This document shows positions 18,312 through 29,530 of a DNA stretch of 64,000 nucleotides, piece after piece. Under the pieces are notes generated by a model. That model was not told where the DNA came from. It was given only the letters and a program-made list of their open reading frames with translations, and made no database searches. How positions within the stretch are numbered: position 1 is the stretch's first letter; each line of letters opens with the position of its first letter. Origin of the DNA: an uncultured Clostridia bacterium (lineage in GTDB: Bacteria; Bacillota; Clostridia; TANB77; CAG-508); NCBI GenBank assembly GCA_947631785.1, contig CANRMR010000001.1, positions 9,022 to 73,021 of the forward strand, written 5' to 3'. The position numbers and the translations under genes were made by a program.

Positions 18312-20609
18312 ATGGAATTATTAGAAGGATTAAATGATAAACAATATGAAGCAGTAATAAATACAGAAGGACCAGTGCTTGTAATTGCAGGAGCTGGAAG
18401 TGGAAAAACAAAAGTTTTAACACATAAAATTGCATATTTAATGGGAGAAAAACATATCATGCCTTGGAATATTTTGGCAATTACATTTACCAATAAAGCT
18501 GCAAATGAAATGAAACAAAGAGTTGAAAATTTAGTAGGCGATGCTACAAAAGATATGTGGATAGGAACTTTCCACTCTATTTGTGTGCGCATTTTAAGAA
18601 GATACATTGATAGAATTGGTTTTGATACTTCTTTTGCTATTTTTGATACTTCAGATCAAAAAACTATGGTAAAAAATTGTTTAAAGGAATTAAATATAGA
18701 TGACAAGATGTTTACAGATAAATCCGTTATGTATGAAATTAGTAATGCAAAAAATGAAATGCTAGAGCCAAAAGCATATGCGGTAAAAGCAAATGGAGAT
18801 TATAGAAAAGAAAAAATAGCTACAATTTATGAGTTATATCAAAAGAAATTAAAAGAAAACAATGCAATAGATTTTGACGATATTATTAATTTCACAATAA
18901 AAATATTAATGGAAAATCCAGATGTACTAGAGTATTATACAGAAAAATTCAAATATGTGCTTGTAGATGAATATCAAGATACAAATAAAGCACAATTTAC
19001 ATTAGTTACACTTTTTGCATCAAGGCATGGAAATATTACAGTAGTAGGAGATAATGATCAAGGGATATATTCATTTAGGGGAGCAGATATTTCTAACATT
19101 TTAAATTTTGAAAAAGATTTTCCAGGAACTAAAATTATAAAGCTAGAGCAAAATTATAGGTGCACAAAAAACATTTTAAATGTAGCAAATGATATAATAA
19201 AAAATAACACAAAAAAATATGATAAGAAATTATGGACAAATAATGAAGAAGGAATAATGCCAATTGTATATAAAGCAGATGATGAATATGCAGAAGCAAG
19301 CTATATTGTAGAGCAAATTTATCATTTGAAAACAGAAGAATATTATAAATATTCTGATTTTGCAATTTTATATAGAATGAACTCACAATCACGTAGCATA
19401 GAAGATATTTTAAGAAGAGAAGAAATTCCATATAAAATTATTGGAGGACTAAAATTCTACGAAAGAAAAGAAATTAAAGATATTATTGCATATTTAAGAT
19501 TAATTAATAATACAAAAGATAATCTAAGTTTAAGAAGAATTATTAATGAACCAAAACGTGGAATTGGGGTAACTAGCCTAGATAAAATAGCACAAATTGC
19601 AGAGCAAAATAACATTTCTATGTATGATGTTATAAAAAATGCGGAAGATTACGGCTTAAACCGTGTTTATTCAAATTCTAGAGAATTTATAAAGGTAATG
19701 GAAGAATTAATTGCTCAAAAGGAAAATCTAAATATATCGGAATTAATTAAACAAACACTAAATAAAACAGGATATACAAAAGCATTAGAACTTGAAAATA
19801 CGCAAGAGGCAGAAAATAGAATAGAAAACTTAGAGGAATTTTTAACGGTTGCAATTGAATTTGAAGAGCAAGAAGCGGAAAATACATTGTCTAACTTTTT
19901 AGAGCAAATGGCTTTGACTAGTGATATTGATAATATGGAAGATGAGCAAGATTCAGTAACACTTATGACTCTGCATAGTGCAAAAGGACTAGAATTTCCT
20001 GTTGTATTTTTAGTAGGAATGGAAGAAGGTATTTTTCCAGGATATAAATCTATTTCTGAACCAAAAGAATTAGAAGAAGAAAGAAGACTTTGTTATGTAG
20101 GGGTAACAAGAGCAAAACAAAACTTATATTTAACTTGTGCCAAAAGAAGGACTATGTTTGGTTCAACTTCGTACAATTTAGTTTCAAGATTCATAAAAGA
20201 AATAAGTAAAGACTGTTTGCAAGGTTATGAAGATGTTGTAGATGATAAAAATATGCAAGATACATTTGAAGACAGTAAATATAAATGGCAATATGGATTA
20301 GATAGTAATATTAGTAAAATAAATTATAATAAAACAGAAAATAATAAAATAGCAGCGGGAAGTATAAATAATTCTAATTTTACATTTAGAAGTGCAGAAA
20401 GTTTTCTTAAAAATTTAGAAAATAATAAAAAACAAGAAATAGATATTAGTAAATATCAAGCAGGACAAAGAGTATATCATAAAAAATTTGGAGAAGGAAA
20501 AATTAACTATATAGAAGAAGAAGGAAATGATTATAAAGTAGATATAACATTTGATAAATCTGGACATAAACGATTAATGGCAAGATATGCAGGTTTAGAA
20601 ATTATATAA
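18312..20609 (+). CDS. pcrA: ATP-dependent DNA helicase PcrA (UvrD family)
   Basis: 765 aa. AGAGSGKT Walker A, DEYQDTN, and a C-terminal Tudor-like RVYHKKFGEGKI. Confidence 0.9.
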   Translation: MELLEGLNDKQYEAVINTEGPVLVIAGAGSGKTKVLTHKIAYLMGEKHIMPWNILAITFTNKAANEMKQRVENLVGDATKDMWIGTFHSICVRILRRYIDRIGFDTSFAIFDTSDQKTMVKNCLKELNIDDKMFTDKSVMYEISNAKNEMLEPKAYAVKANGDYRKEKIATIYELYQKKLKENNAIDFDDIINFTIKILMENPDVLEYYTEKFKYVLVDEYQDTNKAQFTLVTLFASRHGNITVVGDNDQGIYSFRGADISNILNFEKDFPGTKIIKLEQNYRCTKNILNVANDIIKNNTKKYDKKLWTNNEEGIMPIVYKADDEYAEASYIVEQIYHLKTEEYYKYSDFAILYRMNSQSRSIEDILRREEIPYKIIGGLKFYERKEIKDIIAYLRLINNTKDNLSLRRIINEPKRGIGVTSLDKIAQIAEQNNISMYDVIKNAEDYGLNRVYSNSREFIKVMEELIAQKENLNISELIKQTLNKTGYTKALELENTQEAENRIENLEEFLTVAIEFEEQEAENTLSNFLEQMALTSDIDNMEDEQDSVTLMTLHSAKGLEFPVVFLVGMEEGIFPGYKSISEPKELEEERRLCYVGVTRAKQNLYLTCAKRRTMFGSTSYNLVSRFIKEISKDCLQGYEDVVDDKNMQDTFEDSKYKWQYGLDSNISKINYNKTENNKIAAGSINNSNFTFRSAESFLKNLENNKKQEIDISKYQAGQRVYHKKFGEGKINYIEEEGNDYKVDITFDKSGHKRLMARYAGLEII

Positions 20610-20616
20610 ATATTAA

Positions 20617-20672
20617 AAGCCTAAAATTTATTTAAAAAATTATTATTTTAAATAAAATCTTAGGCTTTTTTG
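20617..20672 (+). terminator. Terminator hairpin after pcrA
   Basis: aaagcctaa ... ttaggcttt followed by TTTTT, with a long AT-rich loop. Confidence 0.55.
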
Positions 20673-20708
20673 TATAAAATATGAAATTAAACAAATACTA
20701 ACAAAAAT

Positions 20709-20915
20709 ATGAAAGGAAAGATGAAAATGGCAAATTTAACTCAAATAGAATTACAAAATTTAAAACATTTAATAAACATTCAAGATATATCTTATGATAA
20801 ATTTAATACCTATTCTGCACAGTGTGTTGATCCACAAATTAAACAATTATTTACTAAATCAGCACAAGATTCACTAAATATTAAACAAAAATTAATGTCA
20901 TTTTTAAATGAATAA
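20709..20915 (+). CDS. CotF-like (Coat F domain) small spore coat protein
   Basis: ELQNLKHLINIQDISYDKFNTYSAQCVDPQIKQLFTKSAQDSL resembles the Coat_F helical repeat. The true start may be ATG 20721 or 20727, which lie after the RBS gaaaggaaag. Confidence 0.45.
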   Translation: MKGKMKMANLTQIELQNLKHLINIQDISYDKFNTYSAQCVDPQIKQLFTKSAQDSLNIKQKLMSFLNE

Positions 20916-20926
20916 GGAGGAGTAAG

Positions 20927-21173
20927 ATGGAAGAAAAAACGATGGTAAATGATATACTAGAAGGTACAAAATCTGAACTTACATGTTACCAAACAGTAAT
21001 TAATGAAACTGAAAATATGCGGATTAAGGCAAACGATTATGCAGATTCGTAATAATCTAGAAAGCTTTGAATATGAACTATTTAAGATAGCTCAGACAAA
21101 AGAATATTACAAACCATTAGTACAAGCAACACAAGAAGAAATAGACAATGTAAAAAAACAATTGCAACAATAA
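20927..21173 (+). CDS. Second CotF-like small protein. It is an 81-aa ORF only if +1 shifted at CGG 21020-21022 (extra C at 21020)
   Basis: RBS aaggagg. Frame 2 reads MEEKTMVNDILEGTKSELTCYQTVINETENM and then continues in frame 0 as GLRQTIMQIRNNLESFEYELFKIAQTKEYY... The shift context, C before GGA, is the same as at the nine other sites. Confidence 0.4.
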
Positions 21174-21288
21174 CAAAAAATATAAGGGCACGAAGAATGT
21201 CGTGTCCTTAAAATAATAATAAAAGCTTTGGTTGACAAAATTATAAAATCGATATAAAATAATATGCATAAAATATAAGGAGAAAACT

Positions 21289-23317
21289 ATGCAAAATAAT
21301 AATAAAAAACCATCTGAATTTTTAATATCAAAGACAAAAATATATTTAGCAATAATTGCTATTATATTAATTTTATTATGCATTCAAAATATAAATTATA
21401 TTATACCATCTATCTTATGTTATGTGCTTATACTAATTTATACATATTGGTCTAACAATAAAAGAAAAACTGAGCTTTCTAGGCATATCCAAGAACTAAC
21501 AATAAATGTGGATTCAGCAGCTAAAAGCACTTTAATTAATTCGCCATTTCCACTAGTCATTATTGAGACAGATGGAAACATCATATGGAAAAGCACAAAA
21601 TTTGCAGATGAATTTGCAAATATAGATATTAATAATATATTAGCGACATTTGTAAAAGAAATTAAACAAGAACTAGAAAATACAAAAAATAAAAAACAAA
21701 AAAGTATACAAAAGCAATTAACAATAGGTAAAAAAACATATAAAGTTCTTGGTGAATATGTAAAAAATAGAAGAAAAGACAGAAAAAAACAAATAGATAC
21801 ACAATATATTATGATTTTATACTTTATAGATGATACGCAAAATAAAAAGTTAGAAAAAAATTACGAAGATTCAAAGCTTTGTGTTGGAATTTTAAAAGTA
21901 GATAATTACGAAGAAACAATGCAAAGAATTACAAATGAAGAAAAGCCACAAGTTGTGGCACAAATTGAAAAAATAATATATGATTGGGCAAATCAAACAA
22001 ATGGTGTAATTATAAAATCTGAACGAGAAACATTTATATATATTTTTGAAAAACAATATTTAGAAAAATTAAAAGAAAATAAATTTGATATATTAGATGA
22101 AGTAAAAGAAATAGAAATTAATGCAGCAATTCAAATAACCCTTAGTATTGCAATATCAACTGAAGGAGAAACAATTTATGAAAAATACAAATCTGCGCTA
22201 TCTGGTATGGACATTGTACTAGGACGTGGAGGAGACCAAGCAGTTGTATTAGAAAACGAAAAATACGATTTCTTTGGTGGAAGAGCTCAAGAAATAGAAA
22301 AAAGAACAAAAGTAAAAGCAAGAGTTGTAGCACATGCATTAGAAGAGTTAATTAAAGAAGCAAGTAATGTTTTAATTATGGGACATACAAATTCTGATAT
22401 TGATGCAATCGGTTCAAGCTTAGGGATTTATAGATTAGCTACAAATATAAATAAACAAGCAAATATAATTACAAATCCTAATTATGGTGTTGCAATAAAA
22501 AGTTTTATGAATGTTATTGAAAAAGATGAAAATTACAAAAATGTATTTATAGACAAAAATGAAGCAATAACAAAAATTACAGAAGATACATTATTTGTAA
22601 TTGTAGATACCCATAAAAGAAATTTTGTAGAAGCACCAGAATTATTAGAAAAAGCAAATAAAATTGTTATAATTGACCATCATAGAAGAAGTACAGACTA
22701 TATAGATAATGCAATTTTAGCATTTCACGAAGTATATGCATCATCTGCATCAGAACTTGTTACAGAACTTATTCAATATGCAGAAAAAGAAATTACACTT
22801 CCACAAATAGAAGCAGAAGCACTATATGGTGGAATTGTAGTAGATACAAAAAATTTTGCATTTAAAACAGGTGTTAGAACATTTGAAGCTGCAGCATACC
22901 TAAGAAAATGTGGAATAGATATATTAAAAGTGAAAAAATGGTTCCAAAGTGATTTAGAAGGATATAATAAAATTGCAGATGTAGTAAAAAAAGCACAAAT
23001 GATTAATGATACAATAGCTATATCTATTTATGATAATGATGATAAAGATTCAAATTTTATTTGTGCAAAAGCTGCAGACGAATTACTTACAATAAGTGGA
23101 ATAACAGCTTCTTTTGTTATAGGAAATATGGGTGAGAAAGTGTGCATTAGTGGACGTTCTGTAGGAGATATTAATGTGCAAGTAATTTTAGAAAAACTTC
23201 GGAGGAGGAGGACATATTACACTTGCAGGTGCACAAGTTGAAAATATGACATGTGAAGAAGTAAAAAAAGAATTAATAGACATTATTAATGAATATATTA
23301 CGCAAAATGGTAATTAA
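21289..23317 (+). CDS. gdpP: c-di-AMP phosphodiesterase GdpP (TM-PAS-GGDEF-like-DHH-DHHA1). It needs a +1 shift at CGG 23200-23202
   Basis: Two N-terminal TM helices and the DHH motif MGHTNSDIDAIGS. The ORF stops as ...ILEKLRRRRTYYTCRCTS, but the +1 frame continues GGGGHITLAGAQVEN... (DHHA1 GGGH motif) through to 23317. gdpP-rplI-dnaB synteny is conserved. Confidence 0.8.
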
Positions 23318-23384
23318 ATATATGGGCAAATTTTAGGCTAAATGCAAAATTTGCCCTAAAATAATATATAAGGAGGATAGAAAA

Positions 23385-23831
23385 ATGAAAGTTATTTTAA
23401 ACCAAGATATTAAGGGAGTAGGAAAAAAAGATCAAATAATTAATGCCAGTGATGGATATGCTACAAATTTTCTATTTCCAAAGAATTTAGCTGTTCCAGC
23501 AGATAAAACAAATATGACTAAATTACAAGCAAGAAAAGATTCTTATGAGTTTAAAAAAGAAGAAAAAAGAAAAAAAGCATTAAAAGAAAAAGAAGAAATT
23601 GAAAAAATAACATTAGTTATAGAAGTAAAATCAGGTGATAATGGAAAAATATTCGGTTCTATTACTTCAAAAGAAATAGCAGAAAATTTAGAAAAACAAT
23701 ACAAAATAAATGTAGATAAAAAGAAAATTGCAATGGAAAATATAAAAAATATAGGTAGTTATGTTGTAGAAATTAAACTGTTCGAAAAAATTACAGCAAA
23801 ATTGAAAATTAACACTGTTGACAAAAAATAA
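23385..23831 (+). CDS. rplI: 50S ribosomal protein L9
   Basis: MKVILNQDIKGVGKKDQII... is the L9 N-terminal domain. Confidence 0.9.
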   Translation: MKVILNQDIKGVGKKDQIINASDGYATNFLFPKNLAVPADKTNMTKLQARKDSYEFKKEEKRKKALKEKEEIEKITLVIEVKSGDNGKIFGSITSKEIAENLEKQYKINVDKKKIAMENIKNIGSYVVEIKLFEKITAKLKINTVDKK

Positions 23832-23849
23832 AAAAAGGAAGTGGCAAAA

Positions 23850-25187
23850 ATGGAATTAGGAAAAGTACCACCACATGACATAGAAGCAGAGCAAGCAGTT
23901 TTAGGAAGTATGCTTACAGATAAAGATGCAGTAATATCATGTATAGAAACATTAAAAGCAGAAGATTTTTATAGAGAAGATAATAAAGCAATTTATGAAG
24001 CAATTATGAATTTATACAATAGAGCAGAGCCAATAGATATAATTACAGTAAAATCTGAATTAGACATGCAAGGAAAATTAGATGCAATTGGAGGAATAGA
24101 ATATTTAGCAGATTTACCAGAAAAAGTTCCAACAACTGCAAATATAGATAAATACATAAAAATAGTAGAAGAAAAATCAATGCTAAGAACGCTAATAAAA
24201 ACTGCAAATGAAATTATTACACTTGGATATGAACAAACAGAAGAAGTAGAAACTGTAATGGAACATGCTGAAAAAAAGATATTTGATGTAATGCAAAAGA
24301 AAAACCAAAAAGGATATACTGCTATTAAAGATGTATTAGTAGATACATTTGCGCAAATAGAAAAACTATATAATCAAAAACAACACGTAACAGGTGTACC
24401 AACGGGATTTTCAGACTTAGATTATAAAACAGCAGGATTTCATAATTCAGATTTAATATTAATTGCAGCAAGACCATCAATGGGAAAAACAGCCTTTGCA
24501 TTAAACTTAGCAGTAAATGCAGCAGTAAGAGGTCATGTTCCAGCTGCAATATTTAGCTTAGAAATGTCTAAAGAACAATTAGTAAACAGAGTACTTTGCA
24601 GTGAAGCAATGGTAGACAGTAATAAATTAAGGACAGGAAAAATAGAAGAAGAAGATTGGGGTAAACTTGCAGGTGCATTAGGACCATTATCAGAAGCAGA
24701 AATTTATATAGACGATACACCAGGAATTTCAATTACAGAAATAAGAGCAAAATGTAGAAAACTAAAATTAGAAAAAAATATAGGGCTTGTTGTAATAGAC
24801 TATTTACAATTAGTACAAGGAAGTACATCAAGACGTGCAGGAAGTCGTGAGCAAGAAATATCTGAAATTAGTCGTTCATTAAAAATACTTGCAAAAGAAA
24901 TAGATGTACCTGTAATTGCACTTTCACAACTGTCAAGAGCGCCAGAACAACGTCCGGACCATAGACCAATGTTATCTGATCTTCGTGAATCTGGAGCAAT
25001 AGAGCAAGATGCAGATATAGTAATGTTTTTATACAGAGATGATTACTATAACCAAGACAGCGAAAAGAAAAACATAGCAGAAGTAATAATTGCAAAACAT
25101 AGATCAGGATCAACTGGAACAGTAGAATTACTATGGCTTGGAAATTACACAAAATTTGCAAATATAGAAAGATATAGAGAAGAATAA
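23850..25187 (+). CDS. dnaB: Replicative DNA helicase (DnaB/DnaC)
   Basis: Walker A ARPSMGKTAF, plus DnaB-family N-terminal and RecA-like domains. ATG 23850 follows the RBS aaggaag. Confidence 0.9.
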   Translation: MELGKVPPHDIEAEQAVLGSMLTDKDAVISCIETLKAEDFYREDNKAIYEAIMNLYNRAEPIDIITVKSELDMQGKLDAIGGIEYLADLPEKVPTTANIDKYIKIVEEKSMLRTLIKTANEIITLGYEQTEEVETVMEHAEKKIFDVMQKKNQKGYTAIKDVLVDTFAQIEKLYNQKQHVTGVPTGFSDLDYKTAGFHNSDLILIAARPSMGKTAFALNLAVNAAVRGHVPAAIFSLEMSKEQLVNRVLCSEAMVDSNKLRTGKIEEEDWGKLAGALGPLSEAEIYIDDTPGISITEIRAKCRKLKLEKNIGLVVIDYLQLVQGSTSRRAGSREQEISEISRSLKILAKEIDVPVIALSQLSRAPEQRPDHRPMLSDLRESGAIEQDADIVMFLYRDDYYNQDSEKKNIAEVIIAKHRSGSTGTVELLWLGNYTKFANIERYREE

Positions 25188-25214
25188 AAAACGACAAAAT
25201 AGTCGTTTTTTATT
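25188..25214 (+). terminator. Rho-independent terminator after dnaB
   Basis: aaaacgac-aaaata-gtcgtttt followed by TTATT. Confidence 0.7.
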
Positions 25215-25386
25215 CTTCTATTAAATTTCTATTAGATAATATATTTTTTAATAAATATCATTAAAATAATTTATTTGAAAAAACTAAGTAAAAAGCAAAA
25301 GTTTTTTTATAATTTTGAAAAAATTGACTACAATTAAAATTATCAATAGGTATTTAAAAAATCCCCTAAAAAATTCACCAAAAATG

Positions 25387-25416
25387 TTGACAAGCCTTAC
25401 GGAAGTGTGATATAAT
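25387..25416 (+). promoter_or_regulatory. Strong SigA promoter at the start of the long rpoB leader
   Basis: TTGACA, then an 18-nt spacer ending in TGa, then TATAAT (extended -10). Confidence 0.6.
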
Positions 25417-25787
25417 CTCATTTGATTTATATTAAAATTACATATTGATTTAATTTTAATAAAGTAAGGGTGATTAAAATTAATAAAATCATGAATTTAA
25501 ATGGTTTTTAAATATAATATATAAAAAGGTAAGTTGGTAAAAATATAAGTTTACCAGCATGCCTTTTTATTGCCATTTTAAATTACTTATGTAAAATTAA
25601 AAAAAGAGGAATTAATGTTTAAGATTAATATAAACGTATTTAGAATAAAAAGGCAGGAATTCTAAAGAAATTTATAAACATCTTTTTCATTAAGAAGGAC
25701 TTTTTTTAAAATATATATAAAACATCTATAGCCGCAAGCAAAAATAAAAATCTCCTGCTAAATTTATAAAGAAGGTGGTATGTTTTA

Positions 25788-28700
25788 ATGAAAGACATTA
25801 AACATGAAAAATGTGTACGTAAAACATTTGCAAAAATTGAAGATAGCATTGATATGCCAAATTTAATTAAAGTTCAAAAAGACTCGTATGAATGGTTTAT
25901 AAAAGAAGGATTAGGAGAAGTTTTAAAAGATGTATCTCCTATTGTTGACTACACAGGAAACCTAGTATTAGAATTTTTTGACTACTACATGGAAGACAAA
26001 ACAAAATATTCTTTAGAAGAAGCAAAAGAAAGAGACACTACATATGCAACAAGACTACATGTAAAAGTAAGACTAATAAATAGAGAAACAGGAGAAATTA
26101 AAGAGCAAGAAATATATTTAGGTGATTTTCCACTTATGACCGATACTGGTACATTTGTAATAAATGGAGCAGAAAGAGTTGTAGTTAGCCAATTAGTTCG
26201 TTCACCTGGATGTTATTATGCAGAAGATTATGATAAAACAGGAAAGAAAATTTATACATCTACGGTAATGCCAATTAGAGGAGCTTGGATTGAATACGAA
26301 ACAGACAGTAATGATATTTTTTATGCAAGGGTAGATAGAACAAGAAAAATACCAGTAACTGTACTTTTAAGAGCTTTAGGTATTGCAACTGATGAACAAA
26401 TATTGCAATTATTTGGAGATGAAGAAAAAATAAAAGCTACAATTCAAAAAGATACTATCAAAACTCCTGAAGAAGCATTAATAGAAATATATAAAAAATT
26501 AAGACCTGGAGAATTACCTTCTGTAGAAGCTGCAAAAAGTTTATTTACTGGATTGTTTTTTGATCCAAGAAGATATGATTTGGCAAAAGTTGGAAGATAT
26601 AAATTCAACAATAAATTAAGCTTACAAAAAAGAATTGTAAATCAAATAGCATTTTCAGATATTGTAAATCCTGAAACAGGAGAAATAATAGTTGAAAAAG
26701 ACCAAGCTATAACAAAAGAATTAGCAGAAGAAATTCAAAATTCAGGTATTAACCAAGTTGAAGTTAAAATAAATGAAAAGCCTGTAAAGGTAATAGGAAA
26801 TGGAACAGTAAATTTAAGCAAAGTAGTAGATATAGATGCAGAAAAACTTGGAATTAAAGAATATGTAAATTATGAAGTATTAAAAAATATTTTAGAAAAT
26901 ACAGATAAAAAAGAATTAGAAAAAGTAATAAAAGAAAGAAAAGACGAGCTAGTTCCAAAACATGTTACAACAGAAGATATAATTTCTTCTATTAATTATT
27001 TATTAAACCTAGAACATGGAATAGGAAAAGTAGATGATATAGATCATTTAGGAAATAGACGTATACGTTCAGTTGGAGAATTATTACAAAATCAATTTAG
27101 AATTGGTATGGCAAGATTAGAAAGAGTTGTTCGTGAAAGAATGACTGTACAAGATTTAGACATTGTAACACCACAAACATTAATTAATACAAAACCAATT
27201 AGCTCATCAATTAAAGAATTCTTTGGAAGTTCACAACTTTCACAATTTATGGATCAAACAAACCCACTATCAGAGTTAACACATAAAAGAAGAGTTTCAG
27301 CATTAGGACCTGGTGGATTATCTAGGGAAAGAGCAGGATTCGAGGTAAGAGACGTACACTATAGCCACTATGGAAGATTATGTCCAATTGAATCACCAGA
27401 AGGACCAAACATTGGATTAATTTCTGCTATATCTTCTTTTGCAATTATTAATGAATATGGATTTGTAGAAACACCATATAGAAAAGTAGATCCTGTAACA
27501 CATAAAGTAACAGATATTGTTGAATATATGCCAGCAGATGTAGAAGATGGATTAATTATTGCACAAGCATCTGAACCAATTGATAAAGATGGAAATTTTG
27601 TAAATAAAAAAATAAAAGTAAGACAAGCAGATGACATAAAAGAAGTTGCACCAGAGCAAGTTGACTATGTTGATGTATCACCACAACAATTAGTTTCTGT
27701 TGGAGCCGCAATGATTCCATTTTTGGAGCATGATGATGCTCACCGTGCACTTATGGGTGCAAACATGCAACGTCAAGCAGTTCCACTTTTAATACCAGAA
27801 TCTCCAATTGTTGGAACAGGTATTGAATATAGAGCAGCAAAAGATTCAGGTATTATGATTTTAGCAAAATCTGATGGTGTAATTCAAAAAGTTACTGGTG
27901 ACGAAATTGTTTTAAAAACTAAAAAAGGTGAACTAGAAACATATAAATTACAAAAATTTAAAAGAACAAATGGTGGAACATGTATTAATCAAAGACCAAT
28001 TGTTGTAAAAGGTGAAAAAGTAAAAGCAGGAGATGTTATTGCAGATGGTCCATCTACAGATAAAGGTGAAATGGCACTTGGAAAAAATGTAATTATTGCT
28101 TTTGCAACATGGGAAGGATACAATTATGAGGATGCTATATTATTAAATGAAAGATTAGTAAAAGAAGATGTTTATACATCAATACATATTGAAGAATATG
28201 ATTGTGAATGTCGTGATACTAAACTTGGACCAGAAGAAATTACAAGAGATATTCCAAATGTTGGTGAAGACAGCTTAAGAGACTTAGACGAAGATGGAAT
28301 TATTCGTATTGGTGCAGAAGTAAGACCAGGAGATATTTTAGTTGGTAAAGTTACTCCAAAAGGAGAAACAGAGCTTACAGCAGAAGAAAGATTACTTCGT
28401 GCAATCTTTGGAGAAAAAGCAAGAGAAGTAAGAGATACTTCACTTAGGGTTCCACATGGAGAAGCAGGAACAATTGTAGATGTTAAAATATTTACAAGAG
28501 AAAATTCTGATGAATTAGCACCAGGAGTAAACCAAGTAATTCGTTGTTATATTGCACAAAAAAGAAAAATTTCTGTTGGTGATAAAATGGCAGGTCGCCA
28601 TGGAAATAAAGGTGTTATTTCAAGAATATTGCCAGAAGAAGATATGCCATTTTTACCAGATGGTACACCAGTAGATGTTGTACTAAACCCACTTGGTGTT

Positions 28701-29513
28701 CCTTCACGTATGAATTTAGGTCAAGTTCTTGAAGTTCATTTAGGAGGAGCTGCAAAAGCATTAGGATATAAAGTTGCAACACCTGTATTTGATGGTGCAA
28801 CAGAAAAAGAAATTACAGATTTATTAGAAAAAGCAGGTCGTACGCCAGATGGAAAAACAATTCTTTATGATGGTAGAACAGGAGAGCCATTTGATAAGCC
28901 AATTACAGTTGGTGTTATGTATATGCTTAAACTACATCATTTAGTTGATGATAAAATACATGCTCGTTCTACTGGACCATATTCATTAGTTACTCAGCAA
29001 CCTTTAGGTGGTAAAGCACAATTTGGTGGACAACGTTTTGGAGAAATGGAAGTTTGGGCACTAGAAGCATATGGTGCAGCACATACATTGCAAGAAATTT
29101 TAACAGTAAAATCAGATGACGTAGTAGGAAGAGTAAAAACATATGAAGCAATTGTAAAAGGTGAAAATGTACCAGAACCAGGTGTTCCAGAAAGCTTTAA
29201 AGTATTAGTAAAAGAACTACAAAGTTTAGGACTAGATGTTAGATTATATTCTAACGATAATAAAGAAATTGAATTAAAAGAGCATATAGATGAAGGAATA
29301 GATTTTAATCTTCAAAGAGAAAAACAACAAAATATATTATTACAAGATGAGTTAGAATCTGGATATGAAGAAGAATTAGATTCAGATGAAGATGATGAAT
29401 TGTTTGAAGAAGAAGATTTGTTAGATGAAGACGATATTTTAATGGATGACAGTGATTTAGCACATGATAATATGCTAAATGATGAAGATATCTTGACTGA
29501 GGACGAAGAATAA
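25788..29513 (+). CDS. rpoB: DNA-directed RNA polymerase beta subunit
   Basis: 1241 aa with all RpoB conserved blocks. Unusually acidic ~50-aa C-terminal tail. Confidence 0.95.
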   Translation: MKDIKHEKCVRKTFAKIEDSIDMPNLIKVQKDSYEWFIKEGLGEVLKDVSPIVDYTGNLVLEFFDYYMEDKTKYSLEEAKERDTTYATRLHVKVRLINRETGEIKEQEIYLGDFPLMTDTGTFVINGAERVVVSQLVRSPGCYYAEDYDKTGKKIYTSTVMPIRGAWIEYETDSNDIFYARVDRTRKIPVTVLLRALGIATDEQILQLFGDEEKIKATIQKDTIKTPEEALIEIYKKLRPGELPSVEAAKSLFTGLFFDPRRYDLAKVGRYKFNNKLSLQKRIVNQIAFSDIVNPETGEIIVEKDQAITKELAEEIQNSGINQVEVKINEKPVKVIGNGTVNLSKVVDIDAEKLGIKEYVNYEVLKNILENTDKKELEKVIKERKDELVPKHVTTEDIISSINYLLNLEHGIGKVDDIDHLGNRRIRSVGELLQNQFRIGMARLERVVRERMTVQDLDIVTPQTLINTKPISSSIKEFFGSSQLSQFMDQTNPLSELTHKRRVSALGPGGLSRERAGFEVRDVHYSHYGRLCPIESPEGPNIGLISAISSFAIINEYGFVETPYRKVDPVTHKVTDIVEYMPADVEDGLIIAQASEPIDKDGNFVNKKIKVRQADDIKEVAPEQVDYVDVSPQQLVSVGAAMIPFLEHDDAHRALMGANMQRQAVPLLIPESPIVGTGIEYRAAKDSGIMILAKSDGVIQKVTGDEIVLKTKKGELETYKLQKFKRTNGGTCINQRPIVVKGEKVKAGDVIADGPSTDKGEMALGKNVIIAFATWEGYNYEDAILLNERLVKEDVYTSIHIEEYDCECRDTKLGPEEITRDIPNVGEDSLRDLDEDGIIRIGAEVRPGDILVGKVTPKGETELTAEERLLRAIFGEKAREVRDTSLRVPHGEAGTIVDVKIFTRENSDELAPGVNQVIRCYIAQKRKISVGDKMAGRHGNKGVISRILPEEDMPFLPDGTPVDVVLNPLGVPSRMNLGQVLEVHLGGAAKALGYKVATPVFDGATEKEITDLLEKAGRTPDGKTILYDGRTGEPFDKPITVGVMYMLKLHHLVDDKIHARSTGPYSLVTQQPLGGKAQFGGQRFGEMEVWALEAYGAAHTLQEILTVKSDDVVGRVKTYEAIVKGENVPEPGVPESFKVLVKELQSLGLDVRLYSNDNKEIELKEHIDEGIDFNLQREKQQNILLQDELESGYEEELDSDEDDELFEEEDLLDEDDILMDDSDLAHDNMLNDEDILTEDEE

Positions 29514-29530
29514 AAATAAGGAGGTTAAAA

